NCBI GenBank assembly: GCA_964016885.1
Contig: CAXHJY010001689.1
Location: forward strand, 1-49,323
Reading direction: 5' to 3'
Length of the DNA stretch: 49,323 bases
From: Eledone cirrhosa
Lineage: Eukaryota
The position numbers were made by a program, and so were the translations under genes. Of this stretch, positions 14,001 to 26,610 are shown in pieces. Position 1 is the first letter of the stretch; every line of letters starts with the position of its first letter. The notes beneath the pieces are model-generated. The model made no database searches, was not told the DNA's origin, and saw nothing but the letters and a program-made list of their open reading frames with translations.

Positions 14001-15477
14001 CGGCTTGTCACATTGTGGCGAGACGGCTTGTCACATTGAGGCGAGACGGCTTGCCACATTGTGGCGAGACGGCTTGTCACATTGTGGCGCGACGGCTTGC
14101 CACATTGTGGCGAGACAGCTTGCCACATTGAGGCGAGACAGCTTGCCACATTGAGGCGAGACAGCTTGCCACATTGTGGCGAGACAGCTTGCCACATTGT
14201 GGCGAGACAGCTTGCCACATTGTGGCGAGACAGCTTGCCACATTGTGGCGAGACAGCTTGTCACATTGAGGCGAGACAGCTTGTCACATTGAGGCGAGAC
14301 AGCTTGTCACATTGAGGCGAGACAGCTTGTCACATTGTGGCGAGACAGCTTGTCACATTGTGGCGAGACAGCTTGTCACATTGTGGCGAGACAGCTTGTC
14401 ACATTGTGGCGAGACAGCTTGTCACATTGTGGCGAGACAGCTTGTCACATTGTGGCGAGACAGCTTGTCACATTGTGGCGAGACAGCTTGTCACATTGTG
14501 GCGAGACAGCTTGTCACATTGTGGCGAGACAGCTTGTCACATTGTGGCGAGACAGCTTGTCACATTGAGGCGAGACAGCTTGTCACATTGTGGCGAGACA
14601 GCTTGTCACATTGTGGCGAGACAGCTTGTCACATTGTGGCGAGACAGCTTGTCACATTGTGGCGAGACAGCTTGTCACATTGAGGCGAGACAGCTTGTCA
14701 CATTGTGGCGAGACAGCTTGTCACATTGAGGCGAGACAGCTTGTCACATTGTGGCGAGACAGCTTGTCACATTGTGGCGAGACAGCTTGTCACATTGTGG
14801 CGAGACAGCTTGTCACATTGTGGCGCGACAGCTTGCCACATTGTGGCGAGACAGCTTGCCACATTGAGGCGAGACAGCTTGCCACATTGTGGCGAGACAG
14901 CTTGCCACATTGTGGCGAGACAGCTTGTCACATTGTGGCGAGACAGCTTGCCACATTGTGGCGAGACAGCTTGCCACATTGTGGCGAGACAGCTTGCCAC
15001 ATTGTGGCGAGACAGCTTGTCACATTGTGGCGAGACAGCTTGTCACATTGTGGCGAGACAGCTTGTCACATTGTGGCGAGACAGCTTGTCACATTGAGGC
15101 GAGACAGCTTGTCACATTGAGGCGAGACAGCTTGTCACATTGAGGCGAGACAGCTTGTCACATTGTGGCGAGACAGCTTGTCACATTGTGGCGAGACAGC
15201 TTGTCACATTGTGGCGAGACAGCTTGTCACATTGAGGGGAGACAGCTTGTCACATTGAGGCGAGACAGCTTGTCACATTGAGGCGAGACAGCTTGTCACA
15301 TTGTGGCGAGACAGCTTGTCACATTGTGGCGAGACAGCTTGTCACATTGTGGCGAGACAGCTTGTCACATTGAGGCGAGACAGCTTGTCACACTGTTGCG
15401 AGACAGCTTGTCACATTGTGGCGAGACAGCTTGTCACATTGTGGCGAGACAGCTTGTTACATTAAGGCGAGACAGCT
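8059..15477. repeat. 23-bp minisatellite (TGGCGAGACAGCTTGTCACATTG)n, ~322 copies
   Basis: Contiguous 23-bp period with point variants and no spacers. Confidence 0.98.
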
Positions 15478-15504
15478 CAGGTGAATATGTCTTGCTCATA
15501 TGTT

Positions 15505-15965
15505 CCATGCCATTCCTAACACCAACCATTTCATGGTGTGTACCAGGTGCATTCTACCGTGGCACTATGACTACTATATGGCAGTTGGCTGCGTGCATTC
15601 TACCGTGGCACAACTACTACCACCTGACAGTGTAGGTTGGTAGCATTTTATCGTGGCACCAAGCACTGCCACTTTACAGAGCAGGCTGAGTGAATTTTAT
15701 CATGGTACTACCACCTGACAGTGCACAGGGTGAATTTTATCGTGGGACTAGCACTACCACTATGGAGTGTACTGGTTGCATTTTATCGTAGTAGCAGCAC
15801 TGCTACTTTACAGAGTGGATTGGGTACATTTTTATCATGGTACCAGCACTGCTACTTTACAGAGTGGACTGGGTACATTTTTATCGTGGTACCAGCACTG
15901 CTACTTTACAGAGTAGACTGGGTACATTTTTATCGTGGTACCAGCACTGCTACTTTACAGAGTGT
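15505..15965 (-). repeat. Degenerate ~49-bp tandem repeat derived from an RTE UTR motif
   Basis: TTTTATCGTGGTACCAGCACTGCTACTTTACAGAGTGGACTGGGTACA units preceded by ATGCCATTCCTAACACCAACC, as in the RTE UTRs of this window. Confidence 0.7.
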
Positions 15966-15999
15966 CACATTTCATTGTGACATGCTTTACATCATTTAA

Positions 16000-16335
16000 T
16001 TATGCTGTTTTGTCTGAGTTCATATTCTTCCAGGATAAAATTTGTGTCCAGAGTCAATAAACTGCGTACCAGTCATGTACTGGGGTTTATTTGACTTACC
16101 CCTTCCCCTCTCTGCATATTACTGGTCTTCTACCTTAATTAGAAACTGTTGGCAGAATTGTTAGTGCATCAGATGAAATGTATTTTGTTATGGCCCTCTA
16201 CAGTTTAGTTTCAAATCCCACCGGGGTCAACTTTGCCTAGGTCATCCTTGTATAAAGTAAGAGTAAAGTACTGGAGTTGATATCAACTTTCCTCTTTTTC
16301 TGAAAATTGCTGGCCTTGTTCCTATGTTAGAATTA
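16000..16335 (+). mobile_element. Two degenerate SINE copies (same family as 6620-7010)
   Basis: TTCAAATCCCACCGGGGTCAACTTTGCC and TGCTGGCCTTGT motifs. Confidence 0.6.
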
Positions 16336-16645
16336 TAGTTGCTGACCTATAGTCGGACTCCTAGGTTTTCGGGTATTTTGGGGCCTGCTGGTATTTCAAT
16401 CTTTCATGCAACTAGAGCCCCCCCCCCAAAAAAAAAATAAAATGATGGGCCCTTTGTCTCTGCTTAGTGGATCTTATGAATGATAAGGCCCTAGTTGTGA
16501 TACACAAATCTTGGCAGTAACATTTTATACCCCCCCCCCCCCATATTAACCCAACAGCATTACAGGTAGCATCAGATTAATCTAGTAGCATGGCCCCACA
16601 TTTTATTTAGCCCTGAGTTATGTGATTTATACTATAATTGCTAAC

Positions 16646-16975
16646 ATGGCTTAGTGGTTAGTGTTGGGCTTTCAATTGAGAGGTTGTGCGTTCGGTTCCT
16701 AGACTCGGTGATGCATTGTGTTCTTGAGCAAGACACTTTATTTCATGTTGCTCCAGTTCTCTCAGCTGCAGAAATGAGTTGTAACTTCACTGGTACCAAG
16801 CTGTAGCAACCTTTGCCTTTCTCTTGGACAACATCGATGGAGAGGAGGAGACTGGTATACATGGGAGATTGCTGGTCTTCCACAAACTACCTTGCCTGGA
16901 CTTGGGCCTTGGAGGGGAACTTTGTAGGTGCAAAACTGGGGTCATTCATAACCAAAGAAGGTCTTTACCTTTACT
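16646..16975 (+). mobile_element. tRNA-derived CORE-like SINE
   Basis: A-box TGGCTTAGTGG, B-box-like GTTCGGTTCC, then TGTGTTCTTGAGCAAGACACTT. A related copy lies at 34130-34270 (-). Confidence 0.7.
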
Positions 16976-17140
16976 ATACTGCCTTTAACCTTTGTCACAT
17001 TAAAAAAAATAAAATTTAAGGTCCTTTTATGGTATATATACTACAGGCCCTTGACTAACCTAAATTGACACTGTTCACAGGACCTTTCTGTTAGTATAGT
17101 TAGGTTTTGTGTAAATAAATATATAGACAAAATTCACAAT

Positions 17141-18280
17141 TTAACCCTTTCATTACGATATCTCTAATGAAAGACACTGTTTATGTCATTAACCCTTTCA
17201 TTACCATATTTCTAATGAAAGACACTGTTTATGTCATTAACCCTTTCATTACCATATTTCTAATGAAAGACACTGTTTATGTCATTAACCCTTTCATTAC
17301 CATATTTCTAATGAAAGACACTGTTTATATCATTAACCCTTTCATTATCATATTTCTAGTGAAAGACACTGTCTATATCATTAATCCATTCAATACCACA
17401 TTTCTAATGAAAGACACTGTCTATGTCATTAACCCTTTCATTACCATATTTCTAATGAAAGACACTATCTATGTCATTAACCCCTTTGTTACCATATTTC
17501 TAATGAAAGACACTGTATATGTCTTTAACCCTTTCATTACCATATTTCAAACGAAAGACACTGTCTATGTCATTAACCCTTTCATTACCATATTTCTAAT
17601 GAAAGACACTGCCTATGTCATTAACCCTTTCATTACCATATTTCTAATGAAAGACACTGTCTATGTCATTAACCCTTTCAATACCATATTTCTAATGAAA
17701 GACACTGTCATTAACCCCTTCATTACCATATTTCTAATGAAAGACACTGTCATTAACCCTTTCATTACCATATTTCTAACGAAAGACACTGTCTATGTCA
17801 TTAACCCTTTCATTACCATATTTCTAATGAAAGACACTGACTATATCATTAACCCTTTCATTACCATATATCTAATGAAAGACTCTGTTTATGTCATTAA
17901 CCCTTTCATTACCATATTTCGAATGAAAGACACTGTCTATGTCATTAACCCTTTCATTACCATATTTCTAATGAAAGACATTGTCTATGTCATTAACCCT
18001 TTCATTACCATATTTCTAATGAAAGACACTGTCTATGTCATTAACCCCTTCGTTACCATATTTCTAATGAAAGACACTGTCTATGTCATTAACCCTTTCA
18101 ATATCATATTTCTAATGAAAGACACTGTTTATGTCATTAACCCTTTCATTACCATATTTCTAATGAAAGACACTGTCTATGTCATTAACCCTTTCATTAC
18201 CATATTTCTTATGAAAGACACTGTCTATGTCATTAACCCTTTCAATACGATATTTCTAATGAAAGACATTGTCTATGTTT
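17141..18280 (+). repeat. 48-bp minisatellite, 24 units (two are 42 bp)
   Basis: Unit TTAACCCTTTCATTACCATATTTCTAATGAAAGACACTGTCTATGTCA. Confidence 0.95.
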
Positions 18281-18496
18281 CTGTTTTGAAAATAACCAAA
18301 TATTTGGAGTAATACAATAACTATGTTTCTCATTAGTAAAGGTGATATTTACAACATTACTTTACAAACATTTTTAAAATGAACTTTTGATGAAAGGTTT
18401 TATATAAGGATAAAGATTATCAAATTCAGATAAGTTTCAAGCAGTTTAGTATCAAATCCAGACCAGTTTCAGGTGGTTTAGTATCAAAAGGGGTAA
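18233..18496. mobile_element. piggyBac-type MITE
   Basis: Begins TTAA-CCCTTTCAATAC and ends GTATCAAAAGGG-GTAA (imperfect TIR, degenerate TTAA). Confidence 0.7.
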
Positions 18497-18715
18497 ACAT
18501 TTTTTATTATATATTTGAATGTGTAGAAATAGGTTTTACATCTATTGTTTTTAGTGTTATAGATAAATCTAACAGGTGTTCATTTCAGTGATAGATAGAT
18601 AGAGAGGGAGGGAGATAGATAGATAGATAGAGGGGGAGGGAGATAGACAGAGGGAGAGGGGGGAATCTAACTGTTGTTAATTTCAGTGTAGAGTGAGCTA
18701 ACTGTTCATTTCAGC

Positions 18716-18778
<63 letters not shown>

Positions 18779-18781
<3 letters not shown>

Positions 18782-21700
18782 TCATCATCGTTTAACGTCC
18801 ATCTTCCACGCTTGCATGGGTTTGGACGGGAGTTTTCCCACTTGAGGAAAGAGTGGTTGTCTTGCTCGCATAGGACTGTCTGGCGGGTTTTCTACGGCTG
18901 GATGCCCTTCTTAACACCAACCACATTTACAGTGTGGGACTGGGAGGTTTTTACCGTGTTACCTACACGGCCACATTACAGCGTGGACTGTGTGTTTTTT
19001 TGTCGTGACACCTACACGACCTCATTTGTTTCGGACTGGATGTTGTGGCACCAACATAACTTTACATTTAAGGGGGTGGTGTGGATGGGGTGGGGGTAGT
19101 GGGACGGGGGTGTATTTTTGTTAAAGGTGCCTACTGACTGTAGTAGGTTTCACTTTGTACTTAGGTAAGGCGGGTCTTCTGTATTACTGTGTAGCGCCAA
19201 AGATCTCGGTCCAGTGACATTGTCTTGGAGAGGTGTAAGTGTGTGAGGTCAGAATTTATCAATTCGTCCCAGGCTTTTCTGGGTCTGCCTACTCCGTGGC
19301 TACCGTCTAATTTTATTGCCCTGCACTTTGTTATACAGCTGTCGTCTTTCATGCGCATCACGTGACCGTACCAACGTAGTCTTCTCTCGAGTAAACAGCA
19401 TCTGATCCCTCTTATTCCTAATTTTTCCCTTAGTTTGTTTATGCTTTGCCGTTCGCGTATATTACTATTACACATCCAGCGGAGCATGCAAACTTTGTTC
19501 CTCTCCAGTCTGCGTATATCCTCTGCACACAATGCCCAGGTCTCACTGCCATGTAACATTGCTGTTCGTATGCAGGCATCATATAGCCTGCCTTTCATTT
19601 TTAGAGAGAACCCTTTAGCGGCTAATAGTGGTATAAGCTCTCTGAACTTTTTCCATCCAGTTCTGACTCTAGCTACTGTACTTTCAGAGCACCCTCCACC
19701 ACTGCTGATTTTGTCACCCAAGTAACGGAAGGTGTCCACTATTTCTATAGAACCATCTGTGCAATGGAATGAGCTAGTATTCTGTGGGCACTTGCTGCTA
19801 CTTATTGCACCAGTGCACCGGTCACATATAAAATCTATATTCTTAGTTAGCTTACCTGTGATCCCACTACATCTTTTATGCACCCATACTTTGCATTTGG
19901 GACATAAAATGGAGTTTCTGCCTACTCCTTTCCAACATACTGAGCATGGCCATTTCCCAGATGGGACCGGTGCCCTATTTTCCTTCCTACAAACTAGAAC
20001 TTTAGTCTTAGACAAGTTAACTTTAAGGCCTTTTGATTCTAGGCCATGCTTCCATGTTTGGAATTTCTTCTCTAGTTCAGCTATTGATTCAGCTATGAGC
20101 GTTAGATCATCTGCATATAGGAGTTCCCATGGGCAGCCGGTCTTGAACTCCTCTGTTATAGCTTGAAGGGCAATAATAAATAGTAGGGGGCTAAGGACGG
20201 AGCCCTGATGAACACCAACTTTTACGCTAAACTCGTCACGATATTCGTTGTTAATTCTAACCTTGCCGACTGTTTCTTTATACATGGCTTGTATAGCTCT
20301 CACAAGCCATTCATCAACACCTAGTTTTCTAAGAGCCCACCAGATAATGGAACGGGCGACTCTGTCAAAGGCTTTCTCCAAGTCGACAAAAGCTAAGTAT
20401 AGGGGTTTACTTTTAGCTAGGTACTTCTCCTGTAGTTGTCGTACAATGAAAAGAGCGTCTGTGGTACTTTTATCTGACACAAACCCGAACTGCATTTCAT
20501 CTAGATCAATTCGCTCTCTGATTAGTTGCGCTATTACTTTTTCTGTGACCTTCATGACCTGGTCGATTAATTTAATGCCTCTATAGTTACCCCTATCTAG
20601 GGCATCTCCTTTACCCTTGTAGCAGTTAATGATGATGCTGCTATGCCAGTCCTTCGGAACAACCCCATTCTGTATGACTTGGTTTACTATCCGGGTGACT
20701 ATAGTGTGTCCCACCGTTCCAGAAGCTTTCTTTCAGCATTTCAGCAACTATTTCCGAAGGCCCAGCCGCCTTACCTGTCTTCATATCTTTGTGTGCCTTA
20801 CTTATTATACTACCTTCAACTAACACTGTTGGTCCCTCTATTGGATCGATGTGGGGGAGACTGTCTTTCTCCCATTTATTCTCCTCATTTAGTAGCCTTT
20901 CGTAGTGACACTTCCAAGCTACCTTCTTATCAGCGTCAGTGATGGCAAGTACACCATCATCATTAAGGACACACTTCTCCCCGACAATATCACGGTTTTC
21001 CTTGACACATTGCCGAGCAATCTTGAACACCTCACGTTTTTGGTCCTAGCGTTGTAGAACATGCTTGAACTTTCTTTCCTCTGCTTCCCTTCTTGCGAAG
21101 TATACTTGTCTCCTAGCCACTTGATAGTCTTCTCTACTACCCCCATCCCGCCATACTTTCCAAGCCTGCTTTTTGGCCTTAATTGACTCCTCCACCTTAC
21201 TGTTCCACCACCACGTTACTCTCATCCTGCCTATAGGCCTGCTCCAGCCACAGACTTCATCTGCCGCCATCAGCAGGTTTGCTTTCAGGAATTCCCACTG
21301 TTCCTCTATATTGTACGACTCTAATTGCTCTTCCTTACTGTCGAAAGCATCAAGTAATATGCTTTTAAATTTATTACTGGCTGTGGGGTCCTTCAGCTTC
21401 CATATTTTTCTCCTGAGGATAGTCCTCTTCTGTTGTCGAGTACGTCTCGTCCTGACTATGAGTCTATGTTGAGAGGTGCATTCTTTGTGGGGGAGGGATT
21501 TAGTGTTTACAACAGACACTCTATCACGTCTTCTGGTAAGGATATAATCTACCTGGTTGGCGTGTTCCCCTGATCTGTAGGTGATCAAGTGATTGTCTCG
21601 TTTTTTGAAGTTAGTGTTACAGATAGTTAGCAGCATCATCATTTCTTGTACCAAACCCATAGCCTCTATGGATTCCGTCATAGCCGTCACAATGTTGTCC

Positions 21701-21812
21701 AACGTGACCATTTAGGTTGCCAGCAATAATTATATAGTCACTGTCGGTTATTTGGGAGGTAGCGAGCATCAGTGTCTCGTAGAATCTGTCTTTTATAGCG
21801 CCAGGCAGTCCG
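18779..21812 (-). mobile_element. RTE-clade LINE family A, 5'-truncated, frameshifted
   Basis: ORF 19161..20714 has RT motifs (QFGF, FVDLEKAFDRV, GVHQGSVLSP, YADD, FRYLG). APE endonuclease remnants lie upstream (QVDYIL). (GAT)n tail at 18779; TA at both ends. Confidence 0.95.
19161..20714 (-). pseudogene. RTE reverse transcriptase with PHD-like insertion and C-terminal domain
   Basis: 517-aa open stretch, disconnected from the endonuclease by frameshifts. Confidence 0.85.
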
Positions 21813-21838
21813 TATATATATATATATATATATATATA

Positions 21839-22036
21839 GGAAAAAGTATGACCCCGACGGCAGAGCTGAAGCCGTTTCGATGGCTATTTCTGGACTCAGT
21901 CCAGAAATAGCCGTCGAAACGGCTTGAGCTCTGCTGTCGGGATCATACTTTTTCCTATTACCCACACTACTACCCTAAGTATTGAGTACTCTGGTGCGTT
22001 ATGGTCCATCTGGTTCCTGACCACATTTCCTTTGTT
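21839..22036 (+). mobile_element. Fold-back copy of a Penelope-like family 8 subfamily 3' end
   Basis: 58-bp arms around C21897 (4 mismatches), then an ~80-nt tail homologous to 2713-2792. TA flanks. Confidence 0.8.
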
Positions 22037-22509
22037 ATATATATATATACTCCCGCTTCTACTATCCTTCGACCCCCTCCCTCTACTTCACGAGGGCTTC
22101 GCTGTCAGCCACCCCAATACCTACATCATGCGGCCAAACCTATCCCCCCCCATCTCTCTCTCTCTTTCTCTCTCTCCCCTCCCACTCTCTCTCTTAGCTA
22201 TATATATATAAGATAAACCCTTCAAGTAAATTCACTTTCGCCAAATTCATCGCTGCTCCTTCACGGTATATCATGTAACGTAATGTACACATTTTTCTAC
22301 CATCTCCACACTTCCATTTCGTACCTAGTCCAAACCTCCAATCTTGCCAAATCCTAAATGTAGTTGAAGTATTCCTAAAACAAATCTGTATTTTTTTGTT
22401 ATTACTTGTTAAATACGAGAGTTTTTGTCGTATTGAACAGAACAAATCTTGTATTTTTGTTAATCGCTTGTTAAATACGAGGACCTCATTCAATCCTTAC
22501 CTTCTAGCT

Positions 22510-25500
22510 AGCTACCCAACACCCCGCCCCCATGCACCACCATTGTTATTACGTGGACCAATCATAAGCCAGAGCCCCCACGCATCACCATTATTATTAC
22601 ATGGACCAATCATAAGCCAGAGGCCTATACTATCGCTTGCCTGGTTGCCTTTCGATATATGATGGATGGATGGACTACGGAATCCTGGAGAGTGGAAGAG
22701 AGAGAAAAATCTGGACGCTCAACGACAATGCCAAAGATAAAGACAAATTCACCTCGTGGACGAGAATGCGAGCACTCCTCTTTGTTTCGACCGTGGACGG
22801 CTAACATAACCCCATCTCCCCCCGCTCCCCACCGCCGCCACCTTCCAAACGCAATCCAAAACTTCAGAGTTGGTACCATAAATGTAGGCACCTTAAAGGG
22901 TCGCGCTAACGAGGTTGTAGAAATGCTTGAACGTAAGGAGGTCGATGTTTGTTGTATTCAAGAGACCAGGTGGAGGGGTGGGTCTGCTAGATTCATTGAG
23001 GGTAAAAAACGATGTTATAAGCTTTTCTGGGTGACGACGATGGGCTGGGTGGAGTAGGAATCATGGTAGCAGAAAAGTGGGCAGATAAGATAATCGACGT
23101 AAATAGAGTGAACGACAGAATAATTAAAATAAGACTTGTCCTCAATAGATCTACGGTGACAGTAATATCTGTGTACGCACCCCAATCCGGACTGCCCGGC
23201 ACTATAAAAGACAGATTCTATGAGAGACTGATGCTCACCACCTCCCAAATAACCGACAGTGACTATATAATTATTGCAGGCGACCTAAATGGTCACGTTG
23301 GACAACATTGTGACGGCTACGACGAAATCCATGGAGGCTATGGGTTTGGTACTAGAAATGAGGAAGGCTCCAGAATCCTGGAATTCTGTGACGCAAATAA
23401 CCTAACTATCTGTAACACTAACTTAAAAAAACGTGACAATCACCTGATCACCTATAGATCCGGGGAACACACAAGCCAGGTAGATTATATCCTTACCAGA
23501 AGACGTGACAGAGTGTCTGTTGTAAACACTAAATCCCTCCCCCATGAAGAATGCACCTCCCAACATACTGATAATTAGCGACCTCATAGTCAGGACGAGA
23601 CGTACCCGACAGTAGAAGAGGACTATCTTGTAAATATGGAAGCTAAAGGACCCCACAGCCAGAAATAAATTTCAAAGCATATTACTTGATGCTTTCGACA
23701 GTAAGGAAGAGCATTTAGAGTCGGACAATATAGAGGGACAGTGGGAATTTCTGAAAGCAAACCTGCTGATGGCGGCAGACGAAGTCTGTGGCTGGAACAG
23801 GCCTGTAGGCAGGAGGAGAGTAACATGGTGGTGGAACAGTAAGGTGGAGGGGTCAATTAAGGCCAAAAAGCAGGCTTGGAAAGAATGGCGGGATGGGGGA
23901 AGTAGAGAAGACTATCAAGTGGCCAGGAGGGAAGCTAGGAGACAAGTGTACTTCGCAAGAAGGGAAGCAGAGGAAAGAAAGTTCAAGCATGTTCTACAAC
24001 GCGAGGACCAAAAACGTGAGGTGTTCAGGATTGCTAGGCAATGTGTCAAGGAAAACCGTGATATTGTCGGGGAGAAGTGTGTACTTAATGATGACGGCGT
24101 ACTTGCCATCACCGACGCTGATAAGAAGGTAGCTTGGAAGTGTCACTATGAAAGGCTACTAAATGAGGAGAATAAATGGGAGAAAGACAGTCTCCCCCAC
24201 ATCGACCCAATAGAGGGACCAGCAGTGTTAGCCGAGGGTAGTATAATAAGTAAGGCAATCAAGGATATGAAGACGGGTAAGGCGGCTGGGCCTTCGGAAA
24301 TAGTTGCTGAGATGCTGAAGGCATCTGGCACGGTGGGACACACCATGGTCACCCGGATAGTTAACCAAGTCGTACAGAATGGGGTTGTTCCGAAGGACTG
24401 GCATAGCAGCATCATCGTTAACTGTTATAAGGGTAAAGGAGATGCCCTAGATAGGAGTAACTATAGAGGCATTAAATTAATCGACCAGGTCATGATGGTC
24501 ACGGAAAAAGTAATAGCGCAACTAATCAGAGAGAGAATTGACCTAGATGAAATGCAGTTCGGGTTTGTGTCAGGCAAAAGTACCACAGACGCTCTTTTCA
24601 TTGTACGACAACTACAGGAGAAGTCCCTAGCTAAAGGTAAACACCTCTACTTAGCTTTTGTCGACTTGGAGAAAGCCTTTGACAGAGTCCCCCGTTCCAT
24701 TATCTGGTGGGCCCTTAGAAAACTAAGTGTCGAGGAATGGCTTGTGAGAGCTATACAAGCCATGTATAAAGAAACAGTCAGCAAGGTTAGAATTAACAAC
24801 GAATATAGTGAAGAGTTTAGCGTAAAAGTTGGCGTCCATCAGGGCTCTGTTCTCAGCCCCCTACTATTTATTATTGCCCTTCAGGCTATAACAGAGGAGT
24901 TCAAGACCGGCTGCCCATGGGAACTCCTATACGCAGACGACCTAACACTCATAGCTGAATCAATGGCCGAGCTAGAGAAGAAATTCCAAACATGGTAGCA
25001 CGGCCTAGAATCAAAAGGCCTTAAAATTAACCTGGCTAAGACTAAAGTTCTAGTTTGTAGGAAGGAAAATAAGGCGGCGGTCCCTTCCGGGAAATGGCCA
25101 TGCTCAGTGTGTATGAAAGGCGTAGGTAGAAACTCCATTTTATGTCCCAAATGCAAAGTATGGGTGCATAAAAGATGTAGTGGGATCACAGGTAAGCTAA
25201 CTAAGAACATAGATTTTACATGTGGGCGGTGCTCTGGTGCAATAAGTAGCAGCAAGTGCTCACAAAATACTAGCTCTTAAACTGCGCAGAGGGCTCTATA
25301 GAAATAGTGGACAGCTTCCGTTACCTGGGTGACAAAATCAGCAGTGGGGGAGGGTGCTCTGAAAGTACAGTAGCTAGAGTCAGAACAGGATGGAAACAGT
25401 TCAGAGAGCTTATACCACTATTAGCCGCTAAAGGGTTCTCCCTAAAAATGAAAGGCAGGTTGTATGATGCCTGCATACGAACAGCAATGTTGCATGGCAG

Positions 25501-25713
25501 TGAGACCTGGGCATTGTGTGCAGAGGATATACGCAGACTAGAGAGGAACGAAGCTTGCATGCTCTGCTGGATGTGTAATAGTAATATACGTGAACGGCAA
25601 AGCATAGACGAACTAAGGAAAAAATTAGAAATAAGAGGGATCAGATGTTGTTTACTCGAGAGAAGGCTACGTTGGTATGGACACGTGATGCAAGCGTGGA
25701 ACACGGACGTTGA
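22510..25713 (+). mobile_element. RTE family A, near full length, inactivated, with internal 3' deletion
   Basis: ORF pieces 22659..23057 (TINVGTL, CIQETRW), 23063..23578 (SVYAPQ, GDLNGH), 23769..24998 (RT) and 25307..25690. (GAT)n tail. A 48-bp direct repeat at 22526-22622 lies in the presumed 5' UTR. Confidence 0.93.
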
Positions 25714-26022
25714 TGATGATGATATATATATATATATAGTGAGAGAGGGGGAGAAGTAATTGTCTAGTAAAAGACTAAACAACACCTGCTGCTTTTAGTT
25801 TCTATCTCAATGTTATAACATTAGTGTTGTTGTTAAGGTCAGTTAAAGTAGGTTCTACATGTGAATGGTTACGTCATAGGGGGAGGAGGATCGATCTTCG
25901 ATTAGGGAAGATTCCAACTCTTGCTAAACTGGAGGAATTAATGCTATTTTTTTTAGTGTAGTATGAAAATATTGTCGTTGCTGTGTGTCTATTTAATGGG
26001 GCATATAGCCGGGATGTGTGTG

Positions 26023-26049
<27 letters not shown>

Positions 26050-26053
<4 letters not shown>

Positions 26054-26245
26054 GCCAGCTCTGTGTTTATAGTGTTGATGGTATCAGGCTCTGATACCAT
26101 CAACACTATAAACACACAGCTGGCATATCTAAGAACTGACTAAGTGCCTGATGAGATCATAGCCATTCAATGGCTATCGAAATATATATAGCAGTAAATA
26201 AAGGATTATGAGTTCATGCAATTGACTTATGTTTCCTCACTATAT
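26050..26245 (+). mobile_element. Fold-back Penelope-like/retrozyme end (family 4)
   Basis: 38-bp inverted arms 26050-26128 around GCT, then a hammerhead, AATAAA and TA. Confidence 0.75.
26145..26193 (+). ncRNA. Type I minimal hammerhead ribozyme
   Basis: TGC-CTGATGA-GA(TCA)TAGCCAT(TCA)ATGGCTATC-GAAA-TATATA-TA^GCA. Confidence 0.75.
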
Positions 26246-26283
26246 ATAAATATATAATAAAAAGTTGACGGACCCAGCATATT

Positions 26284-26590
26284 TATAATTGAATATAAAA
26301 GAGAGATAAACACAGATATAAACATACATGTGTTCAAACCGTAAGGGACCAGATTCGCTAGCGTGAAAAAAATACTAAATATTAACAATATGGTTTGCCA
26401 GACTCAATTTAAAATAATAAATCAAGAAAATATACAAACCTATATTGGGCAACTACCTGAACACAAGTATGTTTATATCTGTGTTTATCTCTCTTTTATA
26501 TTCAATTTTATTACACGGCTCGGAAAAATCTCTTTCTTTGAGCTATTTAATTGTAAGAGACTATTTTGAGTTTCTAACTCAATAACCTTT
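26284..26590 (+). mobile_element. Fold-back element of unknown family
   Basis: ~50-bp inverted arms 26287-26336 and 26458-26507, then an ~80-nt tail and TA. No ribozyme core seen. Confidence 0.55.
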
Positions 26591-26610
26591 GATATATATA
26601 TATATATATA

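Noticed and set aside
5549-15477. CRISPR array interpretation of the 51-bp and 23-bp repeats
   Set aside because: Spacers are microsatellite or absent, there are no cas genes, and the context is eukaryotic.
8032-15635. RDSLSHCGETACHIVARQLVTLW repeat ORFs
   Set aside because: The 23-bp period cycles through all frames with frequent TGA stops; no evidence of coding.
16646-16720. tRNA gene
   Set aside because: A/B boxes belong to a SINE head; no cloverleaf.
17167-18312. 381-aa repeat protein
   Set aside because: Explained by a 48-bp unit (multiple of 3) derived from a MITE end; not called a CDS.
19435-20586. Antisense ORFs over RTE copies (also 35167-35982, 41055-42020 and 43073-43519)
   Set aside because: Shadow frames of the RT gene.
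22194-22493. 99-aa minus-strand ORF and a GCGATGA...GAAAGTGAATTTACTT hammerhead-like string
   Set aside because: No recognisable protein motif; the core and stem II do not fit a hammerhead.
22510-22660. HDV-like ribozyme at the RTE 5' end
   Set aside because: Known for some RTEs, but no nested double pseudoknot could be built by eye.
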